DNA of 64,000 bases from an uncultured cyanobacterium (GCA_963793265.1 CAWBZI010000005.1:192001-256000); one strand, 5' to 3'; positions 11,537 through 23,223 are shown, counted from the stretch's first letter. Notes: a model not told the origin generated them from the sequence alone. A program made the numbers and translations.

Positions 11537-13672
11537 ATGATTTACCTCGACTTACCGCCCGAACAGCCGGTTGTGGAAGTTGTTGAAATCGCTCAAGCCA
11601 ACGCCCAGCCCGCTGAATTTGGCTTACCGTCACTCGAAAGCGCTGATGAGGAACCAGACATCGGCCCGCTAAATGCTGAACCAGTTGAGTTAGAAGAGCC
11701 AGCACCAGAGGAATCAACAGAAGACGCTTCAGAAGCGGAAAACGCAGACACCGATATAGACCTCATTCCAGTTGAGGTCGAAACAAATTCAGAGTCGAAC
11801 GCAGATCCAGCCTCAGATCCGACGCTCACGCCCGCAGAATTTGCTTCTCAGTTGCGACTTAGCGCCGACTTTCAGGAATACGACCCGACCGCGCAAATCA
11901 TCACAGCGCGAGGGAACGTGGTGCTGCGGCTCAATGATGCCATCATCGAAACAGATGAGCTATGGCTAAATCTGGTTAATCGCTATGTACTCGCTGATGG
12001 TGAGGTGCTGCTGACTCGGGGCTCTCAAATCGTGCGAGGCAGCCGCGCCGAATATAACTTTATTCAGCAGGCAGGCGTTGTTGTAGACGCGGTTGGCACG
12101 CTCTATTTGCCCGATGTTGGCGGCGACTTAAGCTCTCCTTTGGAGGGCGCTTCTCCAGCTACTCGGCGCGCTTACGATCCGCTAGGCGATCGCGATCTGC
12201 GCGTTGACAGCGACGGCAGCGTTCAAATCGCCACAAGCCCAGGCACTCAAACAAGCGGCGGCGGCGACGATGGCAGCCTCAGACAGCTCCGATTTGAGAC
12301 AGGCGCGCTGGAATTTGATGTAGAAGGCTGGCGCGCCAATGACGTTCGCATTACCAACGATCCCTTTTCGCCACCAGAGCTAGAGGTGCGCGCTGAGAGT
12401 CTGCTGCTGCGGAACATTTCGCCTACCCAGGACGAGCTTTTGCTAAAAAGACCCCGGCTGGTTTTTGATGATGGCTTTGCCCTGCCGCTGCTGCGTCGAA
12501 GAATTTTGCTGAGCCGGGGGTCAGTGGATTCAGATGATTTAAGCGTACTGCCGGTTGGCGTTGGCGTCGATGGCACCGATCGCGGTGGGTTCTTTGTAGG
12601 CCGTAAGATTCCTGTCTACGAAAGGGGCGAAACCGAAATCACCGTCACGCCCGAATTCTTCGCGGCGCGCGCGTTCAGTGATGAGTCCGACTCTCCTATA
12701 GATTTAGACAACTTCGGAGTGGCCGCGAGCTTAGATACCCAGCTTTCGCCTCAAACATCCCTAGAAGGCGACTTTGAGCTAAACAGCCTTGAGCTATCTG
12801 ACATTACCGAAAAGCTCCGAACCAGTATTCGAGCCCGCAGGCCCATCGGCAACCATCGGCTAGAGGTACAGTACAGCTATCGTGAGCGTCTATTTAATGG
12901 CACCCTTGGCTTTCAAGACGTGCAGTCTAGCTTTGGGGCAGTGGTGCTCTCGCCTGAATTTCGCCTCGGTGAGAATGGCCCTCGGCTTACCTATCAGGGC
13001 AGCGCGCAGTTGATTAATGCAGAGAGCGATCGCGACGAGCTAATTAACGATTCAGGCCGTGCCACTTTGGGCCGATTTCAAGCAAGCGTAGAGCTAGAGC
13101 AAACCTTTAACCTATGGCGCGGCAAACCCAGACCGGCCACGCAATCTGAGGGCCTACGCTTTACGCCTGAACCAGTGGTGCCATTTCTAGATTTGCTTGC
13201 CGGGATTAGAACCACCGGCACCTACTACACCAGCAGCGACATTCAAGGCAACCTGGTAGCAGAAATTGGTATAGAAGGACAGATCGGTCATCTGGCGCGA
13301 AACTTTGCAGACTACACCCGCTATAAAGTAGCCTACTCACAGTCATTTATTGGCGGGGCAACCTCGCCCTTTTTATTCGATCGCGAAGTAGATAGAAATA
13401 TTTTGACCCTCGGCCTTAATCAACAGGTATACGGCCCCTTTATTGCCGGGTTTGAAACAGCGTTCAGCCTCAGCGAGGGCCGTGCTATCAGCAACATCTA
13501 CACGCTCGAATACACCCGTCGCACGTATGGATTACTGCTGCGATTCGACACCATTCAAGACACGGGCTCAATCGGCTTCCGGCTCAGTAACTTTGGCTGG
13601 GTAGGCGATACCGATCCGTTCGATACGCCCAGAGTGCGTCGGGTACGCGGCGGCGTGATTGAGAGGCCGTGA
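11537..13672 (+). CDS. LptD/OstA-like protein (DUF3769 family)
   Basis: OstA-like N-domain (ITARGNVVL), RITNDPFSPPELE and YSYRERLFNGTLGFQDVQSS motifs; follows psbI as usual in cyanobacteria. Confidence 0.8.
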   Translation: MIYLDLPPEQPVVEVVEIAQANAQPAEFGLPSLESADEEPDIGPLNAEPVELEEPAPEESTEDASEAENADTDIDLIPVEVETNSESNADPASDPTLTPAEFASQLRLSADFQEYDPTAQIITARGNVVLRLNDAIIETDELWLNLVNRYVLADGEVLLTRGSQIVRGSRAEYNFIQQAGVVVDAVGTLYLPDVGGDLSSPLEGASPATRRAYDPLGDRDLRVDSDGSVQIATSPGTQTSGGGDDGSLRQLRFETGALEFDVEGWRANDVRITNDPFSPPELEVRAESLLLRNISPTQDELLLKRPRLVFDDGFALPLLRRRILLSRGSVDSDDLSVLPVGVGVDGTDRGGFFVGRKIPVYERGETEITVTPEFFAARAFSDESDSPIDLDNFGVAASLDTQLSPQTSLEGDFELNSLELSDITEKLRTSIRARRPIGNHRLEVQYSYRERLFNGTLGFQDVQSSFGAVVLSPEFRLGENGPRLTYQGSAQLINAESDRDELINDSGRATLGRFQASVELEQTFNLWRGKPRPATQSEGLRFTPEPVVPFLDLLAGIRTTGTYYTSSDIQGNLVAEIGIEGQIGHLARNFADYTRYKVAYSQSFIGGATSPFLFDREVDRNILTLGLNQQVYGPFIAGFETAFSLSEGRAISNIYTLEYTRRTYGLLLRFDTIQDTGSIGFRLSNFGWVGDTDPFDTPRVRRVRGGVIERP

Positions 13673-13815
13673 GGGCAGCGCTAAGGGCCTTTCCCAAAAA
13701 TAAACAAATTAAGTTAATCTGAAATTACGCTTAAAAAGTGCGGTTTCCGTGCAATTACGGATGAAAGACTCTTTATCTAGGTGATAAGCGTACATACTGT
13801 TGGGCAGAAAATATT

Positions 13816-14811
13816 ATGACTTCGGCCACATTTTCTACATCATCAGAGGCTCAGCAGGCCGCTGCTTTGCTAGAAGGCTATCGATTTGAACTTGGTCAGC
13901 ACGACGCCCGGCAGTGGGTATCGCTTTGGCTAGAGTCCTATCGACCTGTCTGGATTCGCGATGCCGTTATAGAAGCGCTCTACCAGGGCCGCTACAAATC
14001 GGTGTCGGTCAGGCAAATTTTAGAGCTGTGGCAGCGCAGAGAACAGCCTATTCGCCATGCTACTCACGATTTTGAGGCGGCGGTTTGCCGTGAGTTCGGT
14101 GAGGTCAAACTAGCCCCTGCCCAGGTTTCAACGGCCAAAGATGTTGCTCAGATCCCAGCAATGCATCCTCATGCGGCTCAACAGCGGTCGTCGGCTCAGC
14201 AGCGCGCTTTGACTCAGCAGCGGTCATCAGCTCAGCAGCGATCTAATCAGTGGCGATCGCAGCAAAAAATCGCTGCTTTTAGCCACTCAGCACCCGTACA
14301 TGCCGCTGCTGGCGAAAGTTCTGGTATTGGCTCTGGCATAGACACGCTAAAAGAAAGCTCAAAAGTCGTACCGCTTCACCGCAGCACTAGCCGCTACAGC
14401 ACCGGTCAGAAGGCCATTCAAAAGGCCAGTCAGAAGGCCAGAGCTGCCGTTTCGTTCAATCTCTCTACGCTCCCGCCAGTTGCTCCCGGCATGAACAGTC
14501 CTCAGGCTTCAGCAGATGCTGAGGCCAATAACGAGCCCGAGAGCGATCGCGCCCAAAGCAATTCGGTAGACGATGCCGCTAAGCGCAAAATAATGGACAA
14601 CAAAGCCTGGCGCGATTTCCCTTCCTACACGACGCCCGCCTACGCTACCTCAGACCCCGATGAAGTGCTGCGGGCTCAGCGTCAGTTTAACGGGGTGCTG
14701 TATTCATCTGCGCGCGCCATTCAGCCGTTCAAGCCTGCGCTACCGTTCTCAGCTCAAACGCTGCGGCTAGCGAAACAAAAGGCGATCGCACTAATGGCCG
14801 AAGCCCAATAG
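13816..14811 (+). CDS. Hypothetical protein (conserved-looking N-domain, low-complexity tail)
   Basis: WIRDAVIEALYQGRYKSVSVRQIL motif seen in cyanobacterial hypotheticals; QQRSS repeats. Confidence 0.7.
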   Translation: MTSATFSTSSEAQQAAALLEGYRFELGQHDARQWVSLWLESYRPVWIRDAVIEALYQGRYKSVSVRQILELWQRREQPIRHATHDFEAAVCREFGEVKLAPAQVSTAKDVAQIPAMHPHAAQQRSSAQQRALTQQRSSAQQRSNQWRSQQKIAAFSHSAPVHAAAGESSGIGSGIDTLKESSKVVPLHRSTSRYSTGQKAIQKASQKARAAVSFNLSTLPPVAPGMNSPQASADAEANNEPESDRAQSNSVDDAAKRKIMDNKAWRDFPSYTTPAYATSDPDEVLRAQRQFNGVLYSSARAIQPFKPALPFSAQTLRLAKQKAIALMAEAQ

Positions 14812-14849
14812 AGTGGCCGAAGCCCAATAGAGTGGCCGAAGCCCAATAG
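14795..14849 (+). repeat. 19-bp tandem repeat, about 2.9 copies
   Basis: TGGCCGAAGCCCAATAGAG at 14795 and 14814; truncated copy at 14833. Confidence 0.95.
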
Positions 14850-14879
14850 TCTGAGCCCAGTGGTTCGGACGCAAGGAGC

Positions 14880-15410
14880 CTAAGCATCTTTAGGTGGCTT
14901 CACACCCATCCGAATCTCAGAGCAAAAAGAGGCAATCCTCAGCCCACTATTTGGCCCGCTTTTCAGCTCTGTCATGCCCGTCCGCATCCGCAAGTTTTCG
15001 TTAATAAACCACATGCGCTCTTCAGAATGCGCCTCCTGCCCATCATTAATGATGGTAAGCACCTCTTCTTCTAGCGTGTATTTCAGCTTACTTTGAGCGC
15101 CGCTTCTCAAGAGCGTACCGCTGTAGATACCGTCTTTTTCTTGAGGCGTCATAGGCACCAGCAGCATCGTTGCAATCTTTGGCTTCGTATCGCCATCAAT
15201 CGTGCTGCTCTGCTGAATTTGCAGGCCGCACAGAGGCGTAGATTCTCCCTGCGTTTGGCAGAGCTGCTTCACCTCATCGGCGTCTGCGGTTAAGAACGCC
15301 ACCTCCAAATCGGATTTGCCAGCCTTAGACTGCTGGGTAGAAAGCGCGTGAGTCGTGCGCTGCGAAAACCACCGACCGGCTAGTTTTTCAAAAAAGTTCA
15401 CAATTTCCAT
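14880..15410 (-). CDS. CpcS/CpeS/CpcU-family phycobiliprotein lyase
   Basis: GRWFSQRTTH, EERMWFINENLRMRT, ASFCSEIR. Confidence 0.88.
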   Translation of the reverse strand: MEIVNFFEKLAGRWFSQRTTHALSTQQSKAGKSDLEVAFLTADADEVKQLCQTQGESTPLCGLQIQQSSTIDGDTKPKIATMLLVPMTPQEKDGIYSGTLLRSGAQSKLKYTLEEEVLTIINDGQEAHSEERMWFINENLRMRTGMTELKSGPNSGLRIASFCSEIRMGVKPPKDA

Positions 15411-15628
15411 AAAATCTCGATCGGCTGTTGCTAGGTAAGTCCACAGTTCTTTAGGTGCTTCAATTTTACGCGTAAGTGCGCAATGAGGCGACCTGAGAAA
15501 GTCATTGCAAAGAACGGCTGAATAACCGCGTTCTAGTGCCTTTGAGCGCTGCGAGTTACAGCGAATGATAAGCTAGCTAATGGCTTTAACAAGGGCCGAC
15601 CTGACACGAAAATTAAGAGCTTCCTCTC

Positions 15629-16702
15629 ATGACCGGATCGAACCAAACGCCCCAAATACCTTTGCTGTTGCGGGCTGCGCAAGGCCAATCTGTAGAGCGC
15701 CCGCCGGTTTGGATGATGCGACAGGCAGGCCGCTACATGAAAGCCTACCGAGACTTAAGAGAGAAGTATCCTTCGTTTCGCGACCGATCCGAGATTCCCG
15801 AAGTTGCTATCGAAGTTTCCTTGCAGCCCTGGCGAGCGTTCAAGCCCGATGGCGTGATTCTTTTCTCCGATATTGTCACGCCGCTGCCCGGCATGGGCGT
15901 AGCGATGGATGTCGCTGAAGGCAAAGGCCCTATTATCGATTCGCCGATTCGCAGCCAGGCCCAAATCGACGCGCTCACCACGCTAGAGCCCGATGAGTCA
16001 ATGCCCTACATCCGCAAAATCTTAGGCGCGCTGCGTGAAGAAGTCGGTAACGAGTCCACTGTTTTAGGCTTTGTCGGCGCGCCCTGGACGCTAGCAGCCT
16101 ATATCGTCGAAGGCAAAGGCTCTAAAACCTATTCCGTCATTAAACACATGGCATTTTCGCAGCCCGAAATGCTGCATTCTCTGCTGAGCAAAATTGCCGA
16201 CAACATCGCCATCTACGTCAAGCACCAGATTGACTGCGGCGCTCAGGTCGTACAGCTATTTGACTCTTGGGCCGGTCAGCTCAGCCCTCAAGACTACCGA
16301 ACCTTTGCGCTCCCCTATCAGCAGCAGATTGTTCGTCAGGTCAAAGCAACCCATCCTGATACACCTTTGATTTTGCTCGTCAGCGGTAGCGCGGGCGTTT
16401 TAGAAATTATGGGCGAGTCGGGCGTGGATATTATTAGCGTGGACTGGTCTGTCGATATGGCCGATGCGCGTCGTCGGCTGGGCGCTGACATGATGGTGCA
16501 AGGCAATATGGATCCTGGGGTGCTGTTTGGATCAAAGGCGGTAATTCGCGATCGCATCATCGACACCGTGAAAAAAGCCGGTTCCAAGGGCCACATTCTC
16601 AACCTCGGCCACGGCATTTTGCCCGGTACCCCCGAAGAAAACGGCGCTTACTTCTTTGAAGTCGGCAAGCAGGTAAACGAGCTAATCGGCGCTACCGTAT
16701 AA
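15629..16702 (+). CDS. hemE: Uroporphyrinogen decarboxylase
   Basis: [24 protein letters not shown]. Confidence 0.97.
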   Translation: MTGSNQTPQIPLLLRAAQGQSVERPPVWMMRQAGRYMKAYRDLREKYPSFRDRSEIPEVAIEVSLQPWRAFKPDGVILFSDIVTPLPGMGVAMDVAEGKGPIIDSPIRSQAQIDALTTLEPDESMPYIRKILGALREEVGNESTVLGFVGAPWTLAAYIVEGKGSKTYSVIKHMAFSQPEMLHSLLSKIADNIAIYVKHQIDCGAQVVQLFDSWAGQLSPQDYRTFALPYQQQIVRQVKATHPDTPLILLVSGSAGVLEIMGESGVDIISVDWSVDMADARRRLGADMMVQGNMDPGVLFGSKAVIRDRIIDTVKKAGSKGHILNLGHGILPGTPEENGAYFFEVGKQVNELIGATV

Positions 16703-16721
16703 CCGTACAAGCGGAGTAACT

Positions 16722-17672
16722 ATGCGTATCTTCATCACAGGCGCAAGCGGCTGTATTGGACACTATCTCGTCGAGACGCTGATTGAGAATACCGAGCACG
16801 AGCTGTTTTTGATGATGCGCAATCCAGCTAAGCTCAAGGTGCCAACCGATCAGCGTCCGGGCATTACGGTGCTAAAAGGTGACATGCGCGAAGTGGCCCA
16901 GTTTGCTGAGCTGCTGAAAACAATGGATACGGCAATTCTGGTGGCGACTTCTTGGGGCGACCCGAAAGAAAGCTATGAGATCAACGTTGAGAAGACGCTA
17001 GAGCTGATGGCTTTGCTCGATCCTGAGCGCTGCGAGCAGGTGATCTATTTTTCTACGGCAAGCATTTTAGATAGAGACAATACGCCGCTCAAGGAAGCCG
17101 GTGAGATTGGCACGGACTATGTGCGGACAAAGTATATTTGCCATGAGAAATTAAGCGAGCTGGCGATCGCGCCTAAAGTAACCACCGTTTTCCCAACCCT
17201 GGTATTCGGCGGCAGCGACACCAAACCCTACTCACACATCTCTGGGGGTCTGCCCGAAGTCGCCAAATACATCGACATCATCCGCTTCATCTCAGCCGAC
17301 GGGAGCCTCCACTACATCCACGCCAAAGACATCGCTGAAGTCGTGCGCCACCTCGTCGATCATCCCCCTGGCCCTAACGACTCACGCGAAATCGTGATCG
17401 GCAACCCCGCAAAGAGTGCCGATGAAGTCGTCACCGAAATCAGTCAGTACTTAGGCAAACGGCAGTACTTTCGCATTCCTTTGTCAGTCGGCTTAGCCAA
17501 AGTCATCATCAAAGTGTTCAATATTCGCATGGCCGACTGGGACAGGTTTTGTATGGACTACCGCCATTTCACCTACAACAATGCGGTGACCCCTTCCAGC
17601 TTTGGCCTGCCGGACAGCTACCCAACCGTGCCTGATGTGTTTCGCTCAGCGGGGGTTGCGCCTCATGAATAA
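16722..17672 (+). CDS. NAD-dependent epimerase/dehydratase family protein
   Basis: TGASGCIG Rossmann motif, YVRTK (YxxxK). Confidence 0.85.
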   Translation: MRIFITGASGCIGHYLVETLIENTEHELFLMMRNPAKLKVPTDQRPGITVLKGDMREVAQFAELLKTMDTAILVATSWGDPKESYEINVEKTLELMALLDPERCEQVIYFSTASILDRDNTPLKEAGEIGTDYVRTKYICHEKLSELAIAPKVTTVFPTLVFGGSDTKPYSHISGGLPEVAKYIDIIRFISADGSLHYIHAKDIAEVVRHLVDHPPGPNDSREIVIGNPAKSADEVVTEISQYLGKRQYFRIPLSVGLAKVIIKVFNIRMADWDRFCMDYRHFTYNNAVTPSSFGLPDSYPTVPDVFRSAGVAPHE

Positions 17673-17769
17673 TTCATCAATTAGAGCGCTGGGTTAACAA
17701 TTAATAACTTGACAATATAGTACATGTGTCTGATAGGCTTCATGCCATAAGCTTTCTAGCGCACTTGCT

Positions 17770-18990
17770 ATGGCGATTATCTCTTCTAAACAATCTGCCT
17801 CTGAAGATAGCGCTTCCAATGGTGGTGCTAAAAGGCGAAAGAACGCGGTGCCTGGAAAGGCAAAGGGAAGGTCTAAAAAAGCGGCTGAGGGGACGAGTGC
17901 GCCTGCTGCTAAAAAACCTGATAAGGCACCGCCCGAGGGCGATCTGCTACAGGGTGAAGCAAAGCCTGCTGAGCTATCGCGTAATGAAGAAGGGCTTAGA
18001 CCTGAGGCGATTAACGACTACATCGGCCAAAAGGCGCTTAAAGAAGTGCTGATGATTGCCATTCAGGCGGCAAAATCTCGCCAGGAGCCGCTAGACCACC
18101 TGCTGCTATACGGCCCGCCTGGGCTCGGCAAAACCACGATGGCGCTAATTTTGGCGCAGGAAATGGAGGTGGACTGCAAAATTACCACAGCTCCAGCCTT
18201 AGAGCGGCCTAGAGACATTGCCGGACTGCTGGTGAATATGAAAGCAGGCGACGTGCTTTTTATCGATGAGATTCACCGGCTCTCGCGGGTGACCGAAGAA
18301 ATTTTGTATCCGGCGATGGAAGATGCCCGGCTAGATATTACTATCGGTAAGGGGCAGAGCGCGCGGACGCGAAGTATTCCACTGCAGCCGTTTACGCTGG
18401 TGGGGGCAACCACCAAGGTAGGGGCTTTGGCCTCGCCTTTGCGCGATCGCTTTGGCCTTGTGCAGCGCCTCCGCTTCTATGAAATAGACGAACTCACCTT
18501 GATTGTTTTGCGCACTGCCGAAGTTTTGAAAACAACTGTCTTAGCCGATGGAGCCGCTGAAATTGCGCGCCGGGCTCGGGGCACACCGCGGATTGCGAAC
18601 CGTCTGCTCAAAAGGGTGCGAGACTTTGTACAGGTAAAGAAGCTAGGGCCGATCGATCAGGCGATCGCAGCTGAAGCCCTAGAGCTATTTAACGTCGATC
18701 CCTGTGGCCTCGACTGGACAGACCGGAGACTGCTGACGCTGATGATAGAGAACTTCAACGGCGGGCCTGTGGGCCTAGATACCATGGCAGCTTCTACCGG
18801 CGAAGATCCGCAAACGATTGAAGAAGTGTATGAGCCCTACCTGCTTCAGATTGGCTACTTGCAGCGTACGCCTAGAGGGCGCGTGGTCACCCCTGCGGCC
18901 TGCCGTCATTTAGGCTACGAGCCGATTTCTAGCCGATTCATCATGCCCGATGCACCTTTGTTTAACCTAATGGGGCCTTCGCAGGCGTAG
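17770..18990 (+). CDS. ruvB: Holliday junction branch migration helicase RuvB
   Basis: [36 protein letters not shown]. Confidence 0.97.
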   Translation: MAIISSKQSASEDSASNGGAKRRKNAVPGKAKGRSKKAAEGTSAPAAKKPDKAPPEGDLLQGEAKPAELSRNEEGLRPEAINDYIGQKALKEVLMIAIQAAKSRQEPLDHLLLYGPPGLGKTTMALILAQEMEVDCKITTAPALERPRDIAGLLVNMKAGDVLFIDEIHRLSRVTEEILYPAMEDARLDITIGKGQSARTRSIPLQPFTLVGATTKVGALASPLRDRFGLVQRLRFYEIDELTLIVLRTAEVLKTTVLADGAAEIARRARGTPRIANRLLKRVRDFVQVKKLGPIDQAIAAEALELFNVDPCGLDWTDRRLLTLMIENFNGGPVGLDTMAASTGEDPQTIEEVYEPYLLQIGYLQRTPRGRVVTPAACRHLGYEPISSRFIMPDAPLFNLMGPSQA

Positions 18991-18993
18991 CTA

Positions 18994-19845
18994 ATGCGTT
19001 TTTCTTTATTGCGATCGATAGTGCAGCCTGTAGTCGTGCGACCTGCGATCACAATCGTTTTAGCCCTTTCACTTTGGCTAGGCAGCGCTTTGCCAACAGG
19101 AGCAGTTACCGCAGCGGCCCTACCTCAGTTCAGTCAGCAAGAGATTGAAACGATTAGCAACCAGCGCCAGGCTGCTTTTGAAGCCACCCAAGCAGGCCAG
19201 TTTGATCTAGCCGAAACGCAGTGGACTAAGCTCATTGACGCGCTACCGCAAGAGGCGGCGGTGTGGAGCAACCGGGGCAATGTCCGCGTCCGTCAAAACA
19301 ACTTAGAGGGAGCCTTGGCGGACTACTCTGAGGCGATCGCGCTAGCCCCAAAAGAGCCCGATCCCTACCTCAACCGAGGCGCTGTATGGGAAGCAACCGG
19401 GCAGTGGGAGAAGGCGATCGCTGACTACAATCAGGTTTTGCAGATTGACCCCGACGACCCGGCAGCCTATAACAATCGGGGCAACGCTGAAGCCGGAGAA
19501 GGTGAGTGGGAACTCGCGATCGCTGACTATCAGGCCGCTATCACCTTGCAGCCAAGCTTTTCTTTGGCATACGGAAACTACGCGCTGGCTCTGTACCAGA
19601 CCGGCGATACCGATAAATCGATACAGATAATGAAGAGTTTAGTCCGTAAATACCCAAGCTTTGCCGATATGCGAGCAGCCCTCACAGCCGCGCTATGGGA
19701 ACAGGGGCAGCAGGGCGAGGCTGAAAGTAACTGGGTTGCAGTGGTGGGTCTAGACGGTCGCTACAAAGATTTGAACTGGGTAGAAAACGTCAGACGATGG
19801 CCCCCAAAGATGGTCGGGGCACTAGAGAAATTTCTGAACTTGTAG
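18994..19845 (+). CDS. TPR-repeat protein with signal peptide
   Basis: Repeated NRG...AIADY TPR units; hydrophobic N-terminus. Confidence 0.85.
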   Translation: MRFSLLRSIVQPVVVRPAITIVLALSLWLGSALPTGAVTAAALPQFSQQEIETISNQRQAAFEATQAGQFDLAETQWTKLIDALPQEAAVWSNRGNVRVRQNNLEGALADYSEAIALAPKEPDPYLNRGAVWEATGQWEKAIADYNQVLQIDPDDPAAYNNRGNAEAGEGEWELAIADYQAAITLQPSFSLAYGNYALALYQTGDTDKSIQIMKSLVRKYPSFADMRAALTAALWEQGQQGEAESNWVAVVGLDGRYKDLNWVENVRRWPPKMVGALEKFLNL

Positions 19846-20263
19846 AGGCCTCTTACAAATCACAGTATCTCTGACTTGCGGTGGATACGGAGGGGTTTCT
19901 GACTACAGTAAGTTCTTTAGAATACTATCGCTCGTGTAGAAACTTCAGACAAAAACCATCAAATGTGATGGCGACTATACCATAAGTTTAAGAGCTGAGT
20001 GATAAATTATACCTTCATGATATGGTGACACCATATCAGCGTATTTTCTCGGAATAGTATCGGGGTATACACTGATCTACTCAAATACGCAGCGAGCTAA
20101 CATATATTTATCTCCTGAGTATCTACCTACTTGTTCTATATGTTCTTCTCAAATGGGTGTTTTCCCGTAGAGGAATTGCTTTACGAAGTGTATTAGGTAA
20201 CGGTCACACATACCTGCGTCCCACTCTTAGCGCCTCTTCTCCGCTTAGCGCGGAGGGATTGAC

Positions 20264-21913
20264 ATGCTTAATCGCCACGCCAACCGCTCATTCAAGGCTA
20301 GTTTGCCTAATCACTGGCCTACTCAGATAGCAGAGAGCCTGGTAGAGCGCTCAGCAGATAGCCCAGTAGAAGACCCAGCAGATCAAGCGCTATTACCTGA
20401 GGCGCAGATAGAAGTCTTTGACACTCACTGCTATAGACTTTCAGATGTAGACGTTTCAGAACTAGACCTAATCGCTTCAGACCTGACAGAATCAGAGCTT
20501 TCCACTTCAGAATTGATCCCTTTAAAAACAGATCTATCAGGCATAAGAACAGACACACAATCCCTTAAGAGCACGCTCAATATCAATCGATCTAGCTCTG
20601 ATTTGACTGACGCTCGTAGGGCTAATAACCCTACGATTGACACTCATGTGAATTGTTTTAATCAACCCAGTGGCGTCTTCCCAGAAAACGCTTTAGGGGT
20701 TCAAAGTATTCAGCGTTTGCGTCAGGTAGAGCGCAAGGTGCGCAGCTCACTAGAGCTGTCTAGTATTTTAGGCGCTGCTGTTGTAGAGTCTGCATCTTTG
20801 CTGAGCGCGCAGCAGGTGATCTTGTTGCGCTATGAGTCTGAGGTGCCGCTTTGGATACAGGCGGCGCAGTATTGCCAAAACCAGGCGATCGCCTGGCAGC
20901 AAAGGTGCACGATTGTGCAGTCAGAGTTTCCCGATCTTACTCGCCAACTGCTGCAAGGCAAGGCTTTACAGATTTATACTGACCAGCCACTGCCGACGAC
21001 GGAGACTCGGCAGTGGCTAGCCTGCTGGCCGGGCAACTGGCTACTGGTGCCGGTCAAAAAAAATCAATACGCCACCTATTCACTTAACGAGCAGCAGACA
21101 AATCAAAGTGCGATCTTACGCTCAGCAGGCAAGGCGGCTGCCACCATAGACACTCAGGCGGCGGCTGAGCACTGGGGGATTATGGCGTTGGCGCTCCCAG
21201 GCGAGCAGACTTGGACAGCAGAGGCAATCATCTCTGCTCAAAGCATCGCCGTTGAGCTATCGCTGGCTCTGGCTCAAGCCGATCAGCATCAATCACTGCT
21301 AGCTGCCAATCAGGCGCTACAAAAGCTGGCTCTTTTAGACGGTCTGACCTCACTGGCGAATCGTCGCCGGTTTGATGAGCATCTGGCCGATGAGTGGCAG
21401 CGCTTAGCGAGAGATCAGCAGCCGCTTTCTTTGATTTTGTGCGATCTTGATCATTTCAAACGCTACAACGATACGTTTGGGCATCCGGCGGGCGATCGCT
21501 GCCTCAAAAAAATTGCTCAGGCGCTCAGCAGCGGCCCTCAGCGTCCGGCTGATTTGGTCGCTCGCTACGGTGGCGAAGAGTTCGCAATTATTTTGCCAAA
21601 TACCGATACCAACGGCGCTTGGCGCATCGCTCAAAAGCTTCACAGCAGTATTCGCGCGCTTAGAATCGCTCACGCTGCTGATAATGACAAGCCCTATGTC
21701 ACGGTCACGATGGGCGTTTCTACCATTGTGCCGGGGCATGAGTCCACGGCTCAGATTTTGGTGCAGGCGGCAGATTTGGCGCTATACCATGCGAAGAAAC
21801 AGGGGCGCGATCGCACCTACGTCCACGCTCACTACAACACCGTTAACCCAGAAGCAGCGGTAGCCTCAAACGACTCACAGCCCGCAATGACACCACCCGA
21901 AGAAACCCTTTAG
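20264..21913 (+). CDS. GAF-GGDEF diguanylate cyclase
   Basis: DGLT..NRR, DLDHFK..ND, RPAD I-site, YGGEEF active site. Start uncertain. Confidence 0.9.
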   Translation: MLNRHANRSFKASLPNHWPTQIAESLVERSADSPVEDPADQALLPEAQIEVFDTHCYRLSDVDVSELDLIASDLTESELSTSELIPLKTDLSGIRTDTQSLKSTLNINRSSSDLTDARRANNPTIDTHVNCFNQPSGVFPENALGVQSIQRLRQVERKVRSSLELSSILGAAVVESASLLSAQQVILLRYESEVPLWIQAAQYCQNQAIAWQQRCTIVQSEFPDLTRQLLQGKALQIYTDQPLPTTETRQWLACWPGNWLLVPVKKNQYATYSLNEQQTNQSAILRSAGKAAATIDTQAAAEHWGIMALALPGEQTWTAEAIISAQSIAVELSLALAQADQHQSLLAANQALQKLALLDGLTSLANRRRFDEHLADEWQRLARDQQPLSLILCDLDHFKRYNDTFGHPAGDRCLKKIAQALSSGPQRPADLVARYGGEEFAIILPNTDTNGAWRIAQKLHSSIRALRIAHAADNDKPYVTVTMGVSTIVPGHESTAQILVQAADLALYHAKKQGRDRTYVHAHYNTVNPEAAVASNDSQPAMTPPEETL

Positions 21914-21923
21914 GCTCTTACTT

Positions 21924-22652
21924 TTAAGCCGTGTAGTTTGCCAGCTTCGCAAAGCTATCGGCCTCTAAGCTAGCGCCCCCAACCAGTGCGCCATCAATCT
22001 CGCTTTGGGCCATAATCTCATCCATATTGGCAGGCTTCACCGAGCCCCCATACTGAATCGGCACGTCCTTATTCACGAGCTGCGAACGAATCTTCCCAAT
22101 CACCCGATTGGCCTCATCACTCGCACAAGTATCGCCCGTCCCAATTGCCCAAATCGGCTCATAGGCAATCACCAAATCGTACTGATTAACGCCCACCAGA
22201 CCCTTCTCTATCTGGCCCGCAATAATCGTATGGGTTTCATCCGCATCTCGCTGCGCCTTCGTCTCACCCACACACAAAATTGGCGTCATACCCGCAGCCT
22301 GAGCCGCCTTGAGCCGAGCATTCACCGTCTCATCCGTCTCTCCAAAATACTGCCTGCGCTCGCTGTGACCCACCACCACATACCGAACCCCAATCTCACT
22401 CAGCATCGGCCCCGAAATCTCGCCCGTATACGCCCCCGACGCTTCCCAGTGAATATTCTGCGCCCCCACCTTCACCGCGCTGCCTCTAAGCTTATCGGCC
22501 AGCAGACCCAGCGTCGTAAAAGGCGCACACAGCACCAGCTCCCGACTATCGGGCGTATCCGCCAGTTGGGGCATCAACTGTTGCACAAACGCCGAGGCTT
22601 CCGCCTGGGTCTTATGCATTTTCCAATTACCAGCAATTACAACTTTTCGCAC
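21924..22652 (-). CDS. tpiA: Triosephosphate isomerase
   Basis: [29 protein letters not shown]. Confidence 0.97.
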   Translation of the reverse strand: MRKVVIAGNWKMHKTQAEASAFVQQLMPQLADTPDSRELVLCAPFTTLGLLADKLRGSAVKVGAQNIHWEASGAYTGEISGPMLSEIGVRYVVVGHSERRQYFGETDETVNARLKAAQAAGMTPILCVGETKAQRDADETHTIIAGQIEKGLVGVNQYDLVIAYEPIWAIGTGDTCASDEANRVIGKIRSQLVNKDVPIQYGGSVKPANMDEIMAQSEIDGALVGGASLEADSFAKLANYTA

Positions 22653-22767
22653 AGGTTCATCTTATAGGCGCAGCATCCTGGATCGTACAGGCAATCGCTA
22701 CCGCCACGCAATGAGAAGTATGAAGTCATTCAGATCAGCTACCTCGTTTTTATCAGCGCTGCTAACG

Positions 22768-22992
22768 CTATACATTCAAAAACGCTTCAGGTTCGATATT
22801 TGCTTGCTTAAGGATCACTCTGAGCGTACCTTCTGGTATGTCGCCAGGATGGTTCGGTATCGTCGTATAGCGGTCAGTCGCTGAGCTATACCAAATCTCG
22901 TGACTACCAGCAGCTTGACGATCAAATACAAATCCTAGCTTTTTCAAACGTTTGACGACCTTTCTATATTTGAACCCCGCTAACCGGCCCAT
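22768..22992 (-). CDS. hicA: HicA-family mRNA interferase toxin
   Basis: LGF..RQ..GSHEIW; IPNH...IPEGTLRVILKQA. Confidence 0.88.
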   Translation of the reverse strand: MGRLAGFKYRKVVKRLKKLGFVFDRQAAGSHEIWYSSATDRYTTIPNHPGDIPEGTLRVILKQANIEPEAFLNV

Positions 22993-23223
22993 CTACACGC
23001 CTATCACTAAGGGATAGTCAAAATTTTCTTCGACATCAGCAAGCCTAATTGTGTTTTGTCGCTCAGCCTGGGCTTCCATCAGCTTCTTAGCCACATCGCG
23101 AGCAATTTCTATAGTCTCGGCAACCGTGCGTCCTTGGGCAACTAACCCAGGCACATCATTCGACGTTGCCAGGTAAACTCCTTCGGGCAGCTTTTCGATA
23201 TGAAGTGTTGCAATCTGTTCCAT
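22993..23223 (-). CDS. hicB: Short HicB-like antitoxin
   Basis: YLATSNDVPGLVAQGRTVAE motif. ATG at 23223; its stop abuts the hicA start. Confidence 0.8.
   Translation of the reverse strand: MEQIATLHIEKLPEGVYLATSNDVPGLVAQGRTVAETIEIARDVAKKLMEAQAERQNTIRLADVEENFDYPLVIGV

Noticed and set aside
14795..14849. Possible mini-CRISPR
   Set aside because: The repeats are directly adjacent with no spacers, and no cas genes are present.
20690..21300. GAF domain as a cyanobacteriochrome sensor
   Set aside because: No DxCF/Asp motif or CH chromophore-binding motif visible.
22005..22667. 220-aa plus-strand ORF rich in R/P/H
   Set aside because: Antisense shadow of tpiA; the extreme C-richness of this strand depletes stop codons. 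The same applies to the shadows over lipA (49301-49704).
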